The translations under genes were made by a program, and so were the position numbers. Source: Candidatus Moanibacter sp. (lineage in GTDB: Bacteria > Verrucomicrobiota > Verrucomicrobiia > Opitutales > UBA2987). From it: 64,000 nucleotides of DNA. Numbering within the stretch: the first letter of the stretch is position 1; each line of letters begins with the position of its first letter. The notes beneath the pieces were generated by a model. That model saw only the letters and a program-made list of their open reading frames with translations. It was not told the origin of the DNA and did no database searches. Location of the stretch: positions 1-64,000 of the forward strand of contig CBDCEW010000085.1 in the NCBI GenBank assembly GCA_965215885.1. Reading direction: 5' to 3'. Of this stretch, positions 29,310 through 38,895 are shown piece after piece.

Positions 29310-31859
29310 ATGGCGAAGCCAAAACGAAAAGCTTCGAAAAAGAAGCCGACCTTTAACCCAAAGGACGCGCGCCCCAAACTGTTGCCGGGGATCATATTTC
29401 TGGGGCTTTCCATATTGACGTTCGTCTCGATATGGGACTATCAGCCCGAGCAGAGCCCATTTATTACAACTTCGGCGGAGGACATTAGGGAAGGGGCGGC
29501 GGAGAAAACCGTAGCGGATTCGACCGGAGCAAAGAATAAAGTGGGTACCTTTGGCGCATTTGTGGGCTTTTGGGCCCTGCGCATGGTGGGCTTCGCCGCC
29601 TGGCTGATTCCAATCTACCTCCTTTGGTTCAGCTATATGTATTTCTTCTCAAACTCACACAAAGTGAGAGTGCCAAAATACATCGCAATACTGGCCTCGT
29701 TGGCAAGTGCTGCCGCGATTGCCAATATGCTTGAATCGGAGTCGCTCAAAAAGGCCATCGATAATGATATGTATACAGCGGGCTTCGGCGGGATACTGGG
29801 CGATCTGATCTTCGCGAACCTCCTGGCTAAAATGCTCGGCACTTTTGGAGGCGTTCTTGTTCTGGCTGCGATTTTCTTCGGAGGCACCTTCATCCTCCTC
29901 CACGACAATCTCGCGAGGGCCGGTTGGAAGGAAAAGCTGGAGAAATGGAAAGACGCGCGACGGGAACGCGTTGAGCAGAAAAGGGCTCAAGAAGAATCAG
30001 AAGAAAAGGCCAAAGCGACACCGACCAAGGCTAAACCTCTTCCGAAGCGACCCGGGCGGGAGATCCCAGCACTGCGAGACTCGGCCGGAGAAGATGAATC
30101 AGAGGCAGCCGCCGGTGCGGCCGAATCTCAAAGCGAGAGCAAACCCCCCATCGAGGAGCAGGAAAAAGCCGTCCTGGAAATTGGTGGCATTCCCGCCGCT
30201 CGCCCCAAGTCCTCGCAAGGTTCCGGGTTGAGAATCAAATCGGAAGCGCAGAGAAGCGGCGGTAGATCGCGCGGGGCCCTCAAAATTGTCGCCGGGGAGA
30301 CCACGGAGAAGGCCAGCGTTCCTCTTCCTGAGAAAAAGGGTGACTACCTCTTCCCTTCCCTCTCACTTCTCCAGCAAGAAGCTCCGCGGGACATGGGACA
30401 ATCGGCGGAAGATCATCAAGCTGTTGCCGAGGCACTGGTGCGAACGCTCACTGAGTTTGGAGTCAAAGTTTCCATGGGAGAGGTGCACACGGGCCCCGTC
30501 ATTACACGTTATGAAGTACTGCCGGCAGCGGGAGTACGGGTCGAGAAGATCATAAATCTCGATAAAAACATCGCTCTAGGCCTTAAAGCGGCTTCTGTGC
30601 GGATCCTCGCTCCCGTCCCCGGGAAGGGAAGCGTGGGTATCGAAGTGCCGAATTCAAGCCCCTCGCCAGTTTCCATCCGTGAAATCCTGGAGTCGACCGC
30701 CTGGGCAGAAAGTGGCGCTGAAATTCCCGTCGCACTGGGAAGGGAAGTTACTGGTAAACCGTTGGTGGCCGACCTGGCGAAAATGCCCCATCTCCTCATT
30801 GCCGGCGCCACCGGGTCCGGAAAGACGGTCTGCATATCTGCGATAATCACCTCTCTTCTCTATCACGCCGGTCCGGATGAACTCCGTTTCGTCATGATCG
30901 ATCCAAAAATTGTGGAGTTGCAGATCTACAACGATCTACCTCATATGCTCATTCCGGTAGTAACGGATCCGAAAAAAGTTCCCTTTGCTTTGAAATATCT
31001 GATTTCGGAAATGGAGCATCGCTACAAAGTCTTTGCCAAGATCGGTGTGCGCAATATCGCATCCTTCAATGCCAAGAGAGCCGAAGATGTTAAAGGATCG
31101 GTCGCAGACAAGGAACTTGAGGCCGATCTCACCCCGGAAGAGCGCGTGGCAGCGGGCAACATTGAAGTGCCTCGCGACGAAGATATCGATATTCCGGAAA
31201 AGTTACCCTATATCGTCTGCATCGTCGATGAATTGGCGGATCTCATGATGGTAGCTCCAGCCGATATCGAGACTTGCATCGCCCGCCTCTCGCAACTTGC
31301 TCGCGCTACCGGGATCCACCTCATCATCGCCACCCAACGCCCCTCTGTAAACGTGATTACGGGAGTGATAAAAGCCAACCTCCCCAGCCGTATCGCCTTT
31401 AAAGTCGCCTCCAAGGTGGACAGTCGGACTATCCTCGACGCAATGGGCGCGGATCACCTCATTGGCAGGGGAGATATGCTGTTCCTTCCCCCTGGTTCTT
31501 CGGATCTCATTCGCTCGCAGGGTGTTTTTGTATCGGATAATGAGATTAAGAAGATAGTCAACTTCCTCAAACAGAAGGGGCCGCCCGAATTTGACGACGA
31601 GTTTCAACAGACTGTAGAATCCGGAGAACTCGCTGGCGAGAGCGTGATAGCCGAGGAGAGTGACGATAAACTGGTGCCCGACGCCATAGAAGTAATAAGA
31701 GCGACCAAACGTGCCTCGACTTCCATGCTGCAGCGGCGTCTGAGAATCGGCTACAACAGGGCTGCCCGGATCATGGAAATGTTAGAAGAAAAGGGTATCG
31801 TCGGACCCGAAAACGGCGCCCAGCCAAGAGAAATTCTCAAAGATCTCGATGCTCTCTGA
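29310..31859 (+). CDS. ftsK: DNA translocase FtsK
   Basis: 4TM N-terminus, PHLLIAGATGSGKT, VDELADLMM, ATQRPS, gamma domain LQRRLRIGYNRAARI. Confidence 0.97.
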   Translation: MAKPKRKASKKKPTFNPKDARPKLLPGIIFLGLSILTFVSIWDYQPEQSPFITTSAEDIREGAAEKTVADSTGAKNKVGTFGAFVGFWALRMVGFAAWLIPIYLLWFSYMYFFSNSHKVRVPKYIAILASLASAAAIANMLESESLKKAIDNDMYTAGFGGILGDLIFANLLAKMLGTFGGVLVLAAIFFGGTFILLHDNLARAGWKEKLEKWKDARRERVEQKRAQEESEEKAKATPTKAKPLPKRPGREIPALRDSAGEDESEAAAGAAESQSESKPPIEEQEKAVLEIGGIPAARPKSSQGSGLRIKSEAQRSGGRSRGALKIVAGETTEKASVPLPEKKGDYLFPSLSLLQQEAPRDMGQSAEDHQAVAEALVRTLTEFGVKVSMGEVHTGPVITRYEVLPAAGVRVEKIINLDKNIALGLKAASVRILAPVPGKGSVGIEVPNSSPSPVSIREILESTAWAESGAEIPVALGREVTGKPLVADLAKMPHLLIAGATGSGKTVCISAIITSLLYHAGPDELRFVMIDPKIVELQIYNDLPHMLIPVVTDPKKVPFALKYLISEMEHRYKVFAKIGVRNIASFNAKRAEDVKGSVADKELEADLTPEERVAAGNIEVPRDEDIDIPEKLPYIVCIVDELADLMMVAPADIETCIARLSQLARATGIHLIIATQRPSVNVITGVIKANLPSRIAFKVASKVDSRTILDAMGADHLIGRGDMLFLPPGSSDLIRSQGVFVSDNEIKKIVNFLKQKGPPEFDDEFQQTVESGELAGESVIAEESDDKLVPDAIEVIRATKRASTSMLQRRLRIGYNRAARIMEMLEEKGIVGPENGAQPREILKDLDAL

Positions 31860-31875
31860 TTCCGGACAATGATCC

Positions 31876-32664
31876 ATGCAGAATATCGGTGAGAAACTCG
31901 AAGAGGCGCGCAAGCGGCACGGTATCTCCATCAGAGAAGCGGCTGAGGCGACGAAGATTCGCGGCGACTTCATTGTCGCATTTGAGAACAACTCCATGGA
32001 TATCCCGCTCCCTGAAGTCTACATACGCGGGTTTCTCACAAATTACGCAAGGTTTCTCAAGCTGGATCCAGATAAGATAATTACAGATTACGACGCCATG
32101 CAATTGGGGCAGGGAAAGGTTGCAAAAAAGGACACTCACGACTTCCTCGGCCGCATGGATCTGCCCGAATCGGAACTCCCTTCCGAGCCATCGGATTTGG
32201 CCGAGGCCGAAACTGCCCCACCCGAACACCCATTTCAGTCGGACAAAGCCCTATATATTAAAGTGGGGCTGATTTTCGGCGGCACATTCCTCCTTGTTTT
32301 CCTTATTGTCATCCTTGTAAACCTCGTCGTTTCACGAAAAGGCCCCGAGCTGAATCCTGAACTGGGAGAATTTTCATCTCAACCCGGTAGCTCGGGAACC
32401 GGCTCCTCGCCTTCCTCCGCCAGCCCTCTCGGTGAAGAGGAGATCATCCTTATCGCCCTCGATGATGTAAACGTTGTGGTGCGACAGAAAATCGACAATA
32501 AACAGATTTTTAACGGCATGTTGGCCAAAGGGGATTCCGTTCCCGTTAGAAAAATGGGACCAGTCCGAATCAGCTTTCTGGAGGGAGACAATCTGATCGT
32601 GGAAAAAGCCGGGCAGAAATTTAAAATGGGAAAATCCGGACCCGGTACGCGCAGTTTGGAATAG
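31876..32664 (+). CDS. rodZ: RodZ-like HTH_25 membrane protein
   Basis: IGEKLEEARK...YIRGFLTNYARFLKLD, single TM; located after ftsK. Confidence 0.75.
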   Translation: MQNIGEKLEEARKRHGISIREAAEATKIRGDFIVAFENNSMDIPLPEVYIRGFLTNYARFLKLDPDKIITDYDAMQLGQGKVAKKDTHDFLGRMDLPESELPSEPSDLAEAETAPPEHPFQSDKALYIKVGLIFGGTFLLVFLIVILVNLVVSRKGPELNPELGEFSSQPGSSGTGSSPSSASPLGEEEIILIALDDVNVVVRQKIDNKQIFNGMLAKGDSVPVRKMGPVRISFLEGDNLIVEKAGQKFKMGKSGPGTRSLE

Positions 32665-32688
32665 GCCCTGGCTATCCTGGTTCCCTTG

Positions 32689-33300
32689 CTACTCTTCCCA
32701 GAACTGCATGAAGCCGCTGCGTCGGCGTAGGCTCAAGGGGATGCCCAACACCTCAGCATAAACAAAAGCTCTTTTGAGACTGTCAGGGTCTTTCACGGCG
32801 TTTCGCAGGGCTTGCCTTTCCATAAGTCCGTCATGTACGATCACTTCACTGATTTGTTGTCGCTGCCTTACGCGCTCCTTGTTTTCCATTGCTGTATGCA
32901 GCGAAGCGAGTTGGCCCTGCCGCAGTTGATCCATTTGCGCCTGTAGCCCGGCCGACGACGGCTGCTGCATAGCTGGATGTGGCGTCTCTACCACCACAAA
33001 AGGAGAATCGCCTCTGTGATGATCCGGCCCGCGCATCTCTTTGACAGCCGTCTCCAGTTGACGGACCGGCGGCGCGGGCGGCGCTCTCCCAGCAGAGGGG
33101 GGAGCTGGCGACTCAACTGTCCCCCGGTCCTGCTGTCTTTCTGCAATGCGTCGGCGTATCTCCTCCTGAATCTCCTGCTTTCGCCGCTCCGCCTCTTGAC
33201 CTGGAGCGGCTTCGGAATCATCCTCTTCTTTCCCGAAGAACTTGCGCGCTAACCAAATGACCACAAAAATGATCGGTACCAGCCATTCCAGTATGTCCAT
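32689..33300 (-). CDS. Membrane-anchored hypothetical protein (YqfB-like position)
   Basis: N-terminal TM; C-terminal 'LKRAFVYAEVLG.PLSLR' typical of genes downstream of floA. Confidence 0.6.
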   Translation of the reverse strand: MDILEWLVPIIFVVIWLARKFFGKEEDDSEAAPGQEAERRKQEIQEEIRRRIAERQQDRGTVESPAPPSAGRAPPAPPVRQLETAVKEMRGPDHHRGDSPFVVVETPHPAMQQPSSAGLQAQMDQLRQGQLASLHTAMENKERVRQRQQISEVIVHDGLMERQALRNAVKDPDSLKRAFVYAEVLGIPLSLRRRSGFMQFWEE

Positions 33301-33394
33301 CGTCCTGTTCGCCGAATTCGGGTTATTTTTGAGTTTCGTCTTCTAAGAGCCTGTCGGCAAAGTCCGACGGAAAACTGAGGTCCTTCGACTCGCT

Positions 33395-34423
33395 CTACTC
33401 CGGTTCCTTCTCGCCCGGCCCCGCGATGGACTGCCGCATCTCAGTATCGGATTGAATGTTCATCATGCGATAGTAATCCATAACACCGAGTTTTCCGGAC
33501 CTGAGGGCGTCCGCCATAGCCATCGGCACCTGTGCCTGAGCCTCCACCAGCTTGGCCTGCATCTCCTGCACTTTCGCGACGTTTTCCTGCTCCAAGGCAA
33601 CGGCCGCCGCTCGCCTGATCTCAGCCTGCGCCTGGGCCATGTTCTTGTTTGCCTCCGCCTGCGCTTCCTGCAGCTTCGCCCCAACATTTTCACCCACATC
33701 GACGTCCGCGATGTCGATAGAGAGTATCTCAAAGGCCGTCCCCGTATCGAGGCCGCGATCGAGGACGTTTGTAGAAATGGAATCGGGATTTTCCAATACC
33801 CACTTATAGCTTTCCGCTGAACCGATCGTTGTCACGATACCTTCACCGACCCGGGCGATTATTGTCTCTTCCTGCGCGCTACCAACATAACGATCGAGGT
33901 TGCTCCGCACCGTTACGCGCGCCTTTGCCTTTACCTGTATCCCGTCCTTGGCCACGCCGTCGATCGTAGCGCGGCCTCCCATATTTGGATCCGGGCAGTC
34001 AATCACTTTCGGACTTATTGACGTGCGCACCGCCTCAGTAATGGATTTGGATGTTCCTTTGGTCGCGAGATCAATAGCGCAGGCCCGGTCCCAATCCAGG
34101 GGAATTCCCGCTTTCATTGCGTTGATCACACCCTGGGTTGTCTGGATGACATCTCCGCCCGCCATGTAGTGTTGCTCGAACTGGTCCGAGGGTATCTCAA
34201 TTCCTGCTTTAACGGCAGTAATTCGTGCATCCACGATGAGCGAATAGGGATTCCCGCGTAGCCGCATTGCGACCAACGTGCCAAACCCAACATAGGCTCC
34301 CGACAACCACGCTTTCAACCAGACGTTGAAAAACGAAATGATGATAAATGAGAGCACCAGAACAACGACGAGGCCGATGATCGACCCGATCTGCATGACG
34401 CTAATTGCTAACGGATTGGACAT
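33395..34423 (-). CDS. floA: Flotillin-like protein FloA (YqfA)
   Basis: [61 protein letters not shown]. Confidence 0.95.
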   Translation of the reverse strand: MSNPLAISVMQIGSIIGLVVVLVLSFIIISFFNVWLKAWLSGAYVGFGTLVAMRLRGNPYSLIVDARITAVKAGIEIPSDQFEQHYMAGGDVIQTTQGVINAMKAGIPLDWDRACAIDLATKGTSKSITEAVRTSISPKVIDCPDPNMGGRATIDGVAKDGIQVKAKARVTVRSNLDRYVGSAQEETIIARVGEGIVTTIGSAESYKWVLENPDSISTNVLDRGLDTGTAFEILSIDIADVDVGENVGAKLQEAQAEANKNMAQAQAEIRRAAAVALEQENVAKVQEMQAKLVEAQAQVPMAMADALRSGKLGVMDYYRMMNIQSDTEMRQSIAGPGEKEPE

Positions 34424-34624
34424 GATATTAGACTGAGTTTAATTTCGCGAAGTAATGATGTTTTAACGGGGAGGAAATCCATTGCGGGAACGCCCCGTAG
34501 TTTCGCGGTTGCCGGAACTGCGCGCCAGATCAATTTCCCCCCATCAACTTCAAGTTGTTGTCTGTCGGTTGCAATGTCAAGTACTCACCACTCGCACGGC
34601 CACCAGTACTCAAACCAGGCCAGT

Positions 34625-35089
34625 TCAGACTTTATCCACAATGAGTCGAAAACTATCCTGGTTCACCACCTTTATGGGAGTGCCCTTGTCGAGTAATCCG
34701 CTCTGTGAAAAGGCCTCATACTGGACCCCCTCAACGACAATTTTGCCGGTAGGATTGAGGCGGGTGCGTGTTTCCCCTTTCTTTCCAATAATCTCATTGC
34801 CGGCCTGTTCTTTTAGACTCGTTTCCTGCAGGGAAGACTTGTGAAAAAGTCGCTGCCCGAATCGTGTCTTTGGAATTATCTTCAGTTCCAGAATGAACAT
34901 CGCGAGAGCGAGAATCATGGAAAGAAGAAAAGTAATCATTGCCGCCATTACGCCCATTTCGGTGTAGGCCACAACACAGGCGCCAAACATCAGCAAAACG
35001 CCTAAGATCGCAAGCAGCCCCCCAGGAATGAGAATCTCAAAAAAGAAGAGCACGAGGGCGATGCCTATTAAAGTAAGGATGAGGCTCAT
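34625..35089 (-). CDS. Short NfeD family protein
   Basis: FEILIPGG TMs plus OB fold 'G.T.TRLNPTGK.....YEA'. Confidence 0.88.
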   Translation of the reverse strand: MSLILTLIGIALVLFFFEILIPGGLLAILGVLLMFGACVVAYTEMGVMAAMITFLLSMILALAMFILELKIIPKTRFGQRLFHKSSLQETSLKEQAGNEIIGKKGETRTRLNPTGKIVVEGVQYEAFSQSGLLDKGTPIKVVNQDSFRLIVDKV

Positions 35090-36723
35090 GATTCTAAACT
35101 ATCTACCAGGAGCGCGAAATTCTTATAGCCCACTACCTTTATCATAGCGCCTCTCCTTACCGTTCCAAGGCTCAGCATTGCCTGGTAGCGTCTACCTCCG
35201 ATATCGACTTCACCCATTGGATGGAGATCACTGGCAGCAATGCCCTCACTCCCGACATCAGGTAAACTCGATTCGTTACTTAGGCTGCTCGCACCTCCCG
35301 CGGTCAGCGGATCGGCGGCGGCGACACTGCCGGCTAATACAAGCTTATCGTAGATCCACGACCTCGGTAAGAACCGCCAGATCGCTACCCCTCCAAATAT
35401 TGATATCAGAATTCCCAAGGCCAGATTGTAAATCGGTTGCCAGAGCACTTCAGGATCAAATTCAATACCATTTCCTCCATCCGGCCAAATATCCGCCATG
35501 GACCAAATGAGAGACCCCAATATCAGAACGATTCCCAAAAATGCCGGGAAGACAGTACCGGGAAGCAAAAACAGTTCGATGCCGATAAGGATGATTCCGA
35601 GAAGGAAGAAAAGGATAGCCTCATACCCGGCCAGGCCCGCCACATAATTGCTGGCGAAGACCGTTAAAAGAAACGCAATTCCAATTCCGCCAATGAAACC
35701 GAATCCAGGAGTCTTGAATTCTATCATCATACACAGGAAACCTATGCCCAGGAGAATGGGCGCAATAGCGTCCATATACTGGGCAAGTGTTTCAGACCAG
35801 GTAAGATTGAATTCCTTGATGACGTAATTTCCATCGCCGTATTTCTGATCGAGTAGCTCCTCGAGCGTCTCCGCGATACCGGCCCCTAAAAGCGGCCGCG
35901 GAGGATCGCCATACTCTTTCATCGCCTCCGCCGCCGTCAGGGTCAACAGTTCCCCCTCTGGTTTGATGACTTCTCCCTCGATTTCAAGAACGTAGTCCGC
36001 ATCCATCATGGCCTTAATCACCTTGGCCCGGTAGGGATCGGTCTCAGAGTAGTTGCGCACTTTTGCCCCCATATAGCTCTCGATTTTCTGCTTCGCTGTT
36101 TCAGGCACATCGTCCCCGGTTCCAAAGATTACCGCGGCGGCCCCGATCTGGCTCTTTGGCGCAAAGTATATCTCATCTGTCGCTGAGGCGATAAAAGCTC
36201 CCGCGGAGATCGCATCGACATTCACGAAAGTGACCGTCTCCCCTTGGAAACGATCCAGTATCTCCATGATTTCCAAGGTCACATCGACGCGGCCTCCTGG
36301 CGTATCCATATCCAGGACAATCACATCAACATCATTGTTAATTGCCTCCTTGAGCCCACGACGCACGATATAAAGAGTCGGTTTCGAGATCGTATCCTGC
36401 ACGGGAACGACGTAGACGGAGTGTTTCTTACCATCAGGGAGGGATCGAGGCGCTCGCTCTTTCTCGGTGGGCTTCTTGGGCTGTTCCTCTTCCACATTAT
36501 CATCCGCCAATGTTTCCGTCGCTTCTACTTCCTTTGAGGGCCGGGAATCTTCCGTAAGACTCGATTCTTCCGTTTCCGACTGAGGCGCCTCCTCATTGGC
36601 CGTTTCTGTTTCGACATCCTGTCCGGGACCGGCTGCTTCCTCGATCTCAACTCTCAAGGTTCTGGCACTGTGCTTCGAAAAGGAATACGAGTACACAGAA
36701 ACGATTCCGACCAAGACGATCAT
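35086..36723 (-). CDS. Long NfeD (NfeD1b/YqeZ-like) with ClpP-like domain
   Basis: DMDTPGG, AISAGAFIA, EFKTPGFG, C-terminal OB fold; start uncertain. Confidence 0.9.
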   Translation of the reverse strand: MIVLVGIVSVYSYSFSKHSARTLRVEIEEAAGPGQDVETETANEEAPQSETEESSLTEDSRPSKEVEATETLADDNVEEEQPKKPTEKERAPRSLPDGKKHSVYVVPVQDTISKPTLYIVRRGLKEAINNDVDVIVLDMDTPGGRVDVTLEIMEILDRFQGETVTFVNVDAISAGAFIASATDEIYFAPKSQIGAAAVIFGTGDDVPETAKQKIESYMGAKVRNYSETDPYRAKVIKAMMDADYVLEIEGEVIKPEGELLTLTAAEAMKEYGDPPRPLLGAGIAETLEELLDQKYGDGNYVIKEFNLTWSETLAQYMDAIAPILLGIGFLCMMIEFKTPGFGFIGGIGIAFLLTVFASNYVAGLAGYEAILFFLLGIILIGIELFLLPGTVFPAFLGIVLILGSLIWSMADIWPDGGNGIEFDPEVLWQPIYNLALGILISIFGGVAIWRFLPRSWIYDKLVLAGSVAAADPLTAGGASSLSNESSLPDVGSEGIAASDLHPMGEVDIGGRRYQAMLSLGTVRRGAMIKVVGYKNFALLVDSLES

Positions 36724-36830
36724 ACTTAGTCTAACGGATGCGGCATCCCTTGAAGATCGTGTCAACATTAGCAAAGTACTATTCTGAAAAGCGCAGATAA
36801 CAAATGCAAGCCCACGCAAGGTAGGCTTTT

Positions 36831-36995
36831 GCTAGGAATCTGTCGGACTTAGAATTCCTAACATTCCCTTGGTGCAGATTTCATGGTTACAGATCGACAT
36901 TCCGACCCAGATAAGACCGACAGATTCCTAGCAGCCTGTCGGAATGAAACCGAGTAACTCTTTCGAAAGATGCACAAAGTCCGACAGGCCGCTAG
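36831..36995. repeat. Two tandem inverted-repeat doublets (BIME/REP-like)
   Basis: GCTAGGAATCTGTCGGACTTA / TAAGACCGACAGATTCCTAGC and CTAGCAGCCTGTCGGA / TCCGACAGGCCGCTAG; related motif at about 33349-33370. Confidence 0.8.
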
Positions 36996-37190
36996 TTGGA
37001 AGACAGCGACCCACCCAAAATGTTGCCAGGCTGCGCTCAGGCCTTGCAATTTTCACCTTCGTCTAATCTGCTAACTTCGAATTTTCACAAGATATTCCGG
37101 TCAATTGACTCCAACGATCCGGCTCCTCCCACAATCCCTCATCGGCCGCCGCGGACTCGATGCGATCCGGCTCCTCCCACAAGGTCCCTC

Positions 37191-38267
37191 ATGGCCTCCT
37201 ACGAACATCAACTGAAGAACGCTCTCTTGAACGAGGCCAGGTTGCTCGACTTCGAAGTCTGCGGAGTCGCGTCAGTCAGGCCGAACCTTCGACGAGAGTA
37301 TTATCTCAAATGGATAGCGGATGGCCAACAGGGAGATATGGCGTGGATGGAGAAGAACAGCGAACGGAGACTCAACCCCGACCGGATCCTTCCCGAAGCA
37401 AAGAGCATCATCTGCCTGGGTCTCAATTACTATCAGCCGGAACCCCGCCGCCGTGGCCGCATCGCAAAATACGCCCTTGGTTTCGACTACCACGATATCA
37501 TGATGAAGAAGCTGAAACAGCTCTGCCATTGGCTCAGGGACCAGGGGGGGGAGAACAAACCCTATGTAGACACGGGCCCGGTCTTGGAGAAACCGATCGC
37601 GGTAGAAGCCGGTCTCGGGTGGCAGGCCAAGAGCACGATGCTTATCCACACTCGGCTCGGAACCTGGCTCTTTCTCGGGGAGATTTTCACAACTCTGAAA
37701 TTTCCCCCGGATGAACCTGTTAACGATCACTGCGGTAAGTGCACCGCCTGTATCGATATCTGCCCGACACGTGCTATCACAGCACCCTATACCCTCGACG
37801 CACGTAAATGCATAGCCTATTTGACAATCGAACACAAGGGGCCCATCCCGGAAGAGTTTCGAGAGGCGATCGGCGATAGGGTGTTCGGCTGCGACGAGTG
37901 CCTCGACGTCTGCCCCTGGAACCGTTGGGCAAAAGAATCACGTGAATCAAAATTCCATGCACGCACCTATCCCGACCTTAGGGAGATGCTCGAATGGAGT
38001 GACGCCGATTTTCGCGCCTACTTCGGAAAGACGCCGATCTATCGGCTGAAACGCCCACGTTGGCTCCGAAACGTCGCGGTCGCCCTCGGCAACATCGGAA
38101 TCGCGGAAGATCTTCCCGCCCTCCAGACGGCGGCGGAAGATCCCGATCCCCTCATCGCCGAACACGCCGCCTGGGCAGTTGTGCAGATCAGGAAAAGGTT
38201 GCATGCAAAGGCGAACCTTCCCACCGCGACTTCAGGACTGTCGGACCGCGCTTGTCGAAGACCCTGA
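37191..38267 (+). CDS. queG: tRNA epoxyqueuosine(34) reductase
   Basis: G.MAWM, IAKYA.G.DYH, VDTGPVLEK, CGKCTACIDICPT, CIAYLTIE, FGCDECLDVCPWN; start moved to ATG 37191. Confidence 0.96.
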   Translation: MASYEHQLKNALLNEARLLDFEVCGVASVRPNLRREYYLKWIADGQQGDMAWMEKNSERRLNPDRILPEAKSIICLGLNYYQPEPRRRGRIAKYALGFDYHDIMMKKLKQLCHWLRDQGGENKPYVDTGPVLEKPIAVEAGLGWQAKSTMLIHTRLGTWLFLGEIFTTLKFPPDEPVNDHCGKCTACIDICPTRAITAPYTLDARKCIAYLTIEHKGPIPEEFREAIGDRVFGCDECLDVCPWNRWAKESRESKFHARTYPDLREMLEWSDADFRAYFGKTPIYRLKRPRWLRNVAVALGNIGIAEDLPALQTAAEDPDPLIAEHAAWAVVQIRKRLHAKANLPTATSGLSDRACRRP

Positions 38268-38394
38268 GCCTGCTTGCCCCGTCCCGCTCAGCGCATTGGC
38301 GTCAACTTTAGACGCCAGACATTGAACCACAGGCACTAAACCAATTGACAGAACGTCTAATGTGGCGAGTCCGAATTCGGGTTTCTCGCATTCG

Positions 38395-38637
38395 GAAATC
38401 CCCCGGCCTCGCGCCGGGGATTCTTAGGTTCCCGGCTACAATGCCTGGGCCCTCCTTTGGAAGATCCTCCGGGCTTGACCCGGAGAGCCTCAGGTTTCCC
38501 GCTCGTTCGCTTCCTGTTTCCCATAGGCTTTGCCATCGGGTGAAGTTCCTAAGCAGCTTATGCTCAATAAGATGTGCTTGACTCGATGGTAGTAGCGAAG
38601 AAACCTAACAATCCCCGGCGCGAGGCCGGGGGATTCC
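38395..38637. mobile_element. MITE-like element with 36-bp terminal inverted repeats
   Basis: GAAATCCCCCGGCCTCGCGCCGGGGATTCTTAGGTT (38395-38430) versus its reverse complement at 38602-38637, 2 mismatches. Confidence 0.75.
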
Positions 38638-38895
38638 TTGATGTACTCTGTTAAATGCTCTAGCCCGAATCCTCAACTGACCCCACGGCAAGCGTGGGGA
38701 ATGGAAAACAACCACAATGGTGAACCGATGAGAACGGCCCTGCCAGGATTTCAGGCTGTTGCATTTGAGGCGCATAGTAAGACAGAAGACCGATTCGCCG
38801 GTGGCATTAATTATCATTCAACTAACTGATTATTAGCATATTATGAAAGTTAGGTTGACGCGTATGCGCTCCGCGGGAGTAGCGACGAAGGGTCG

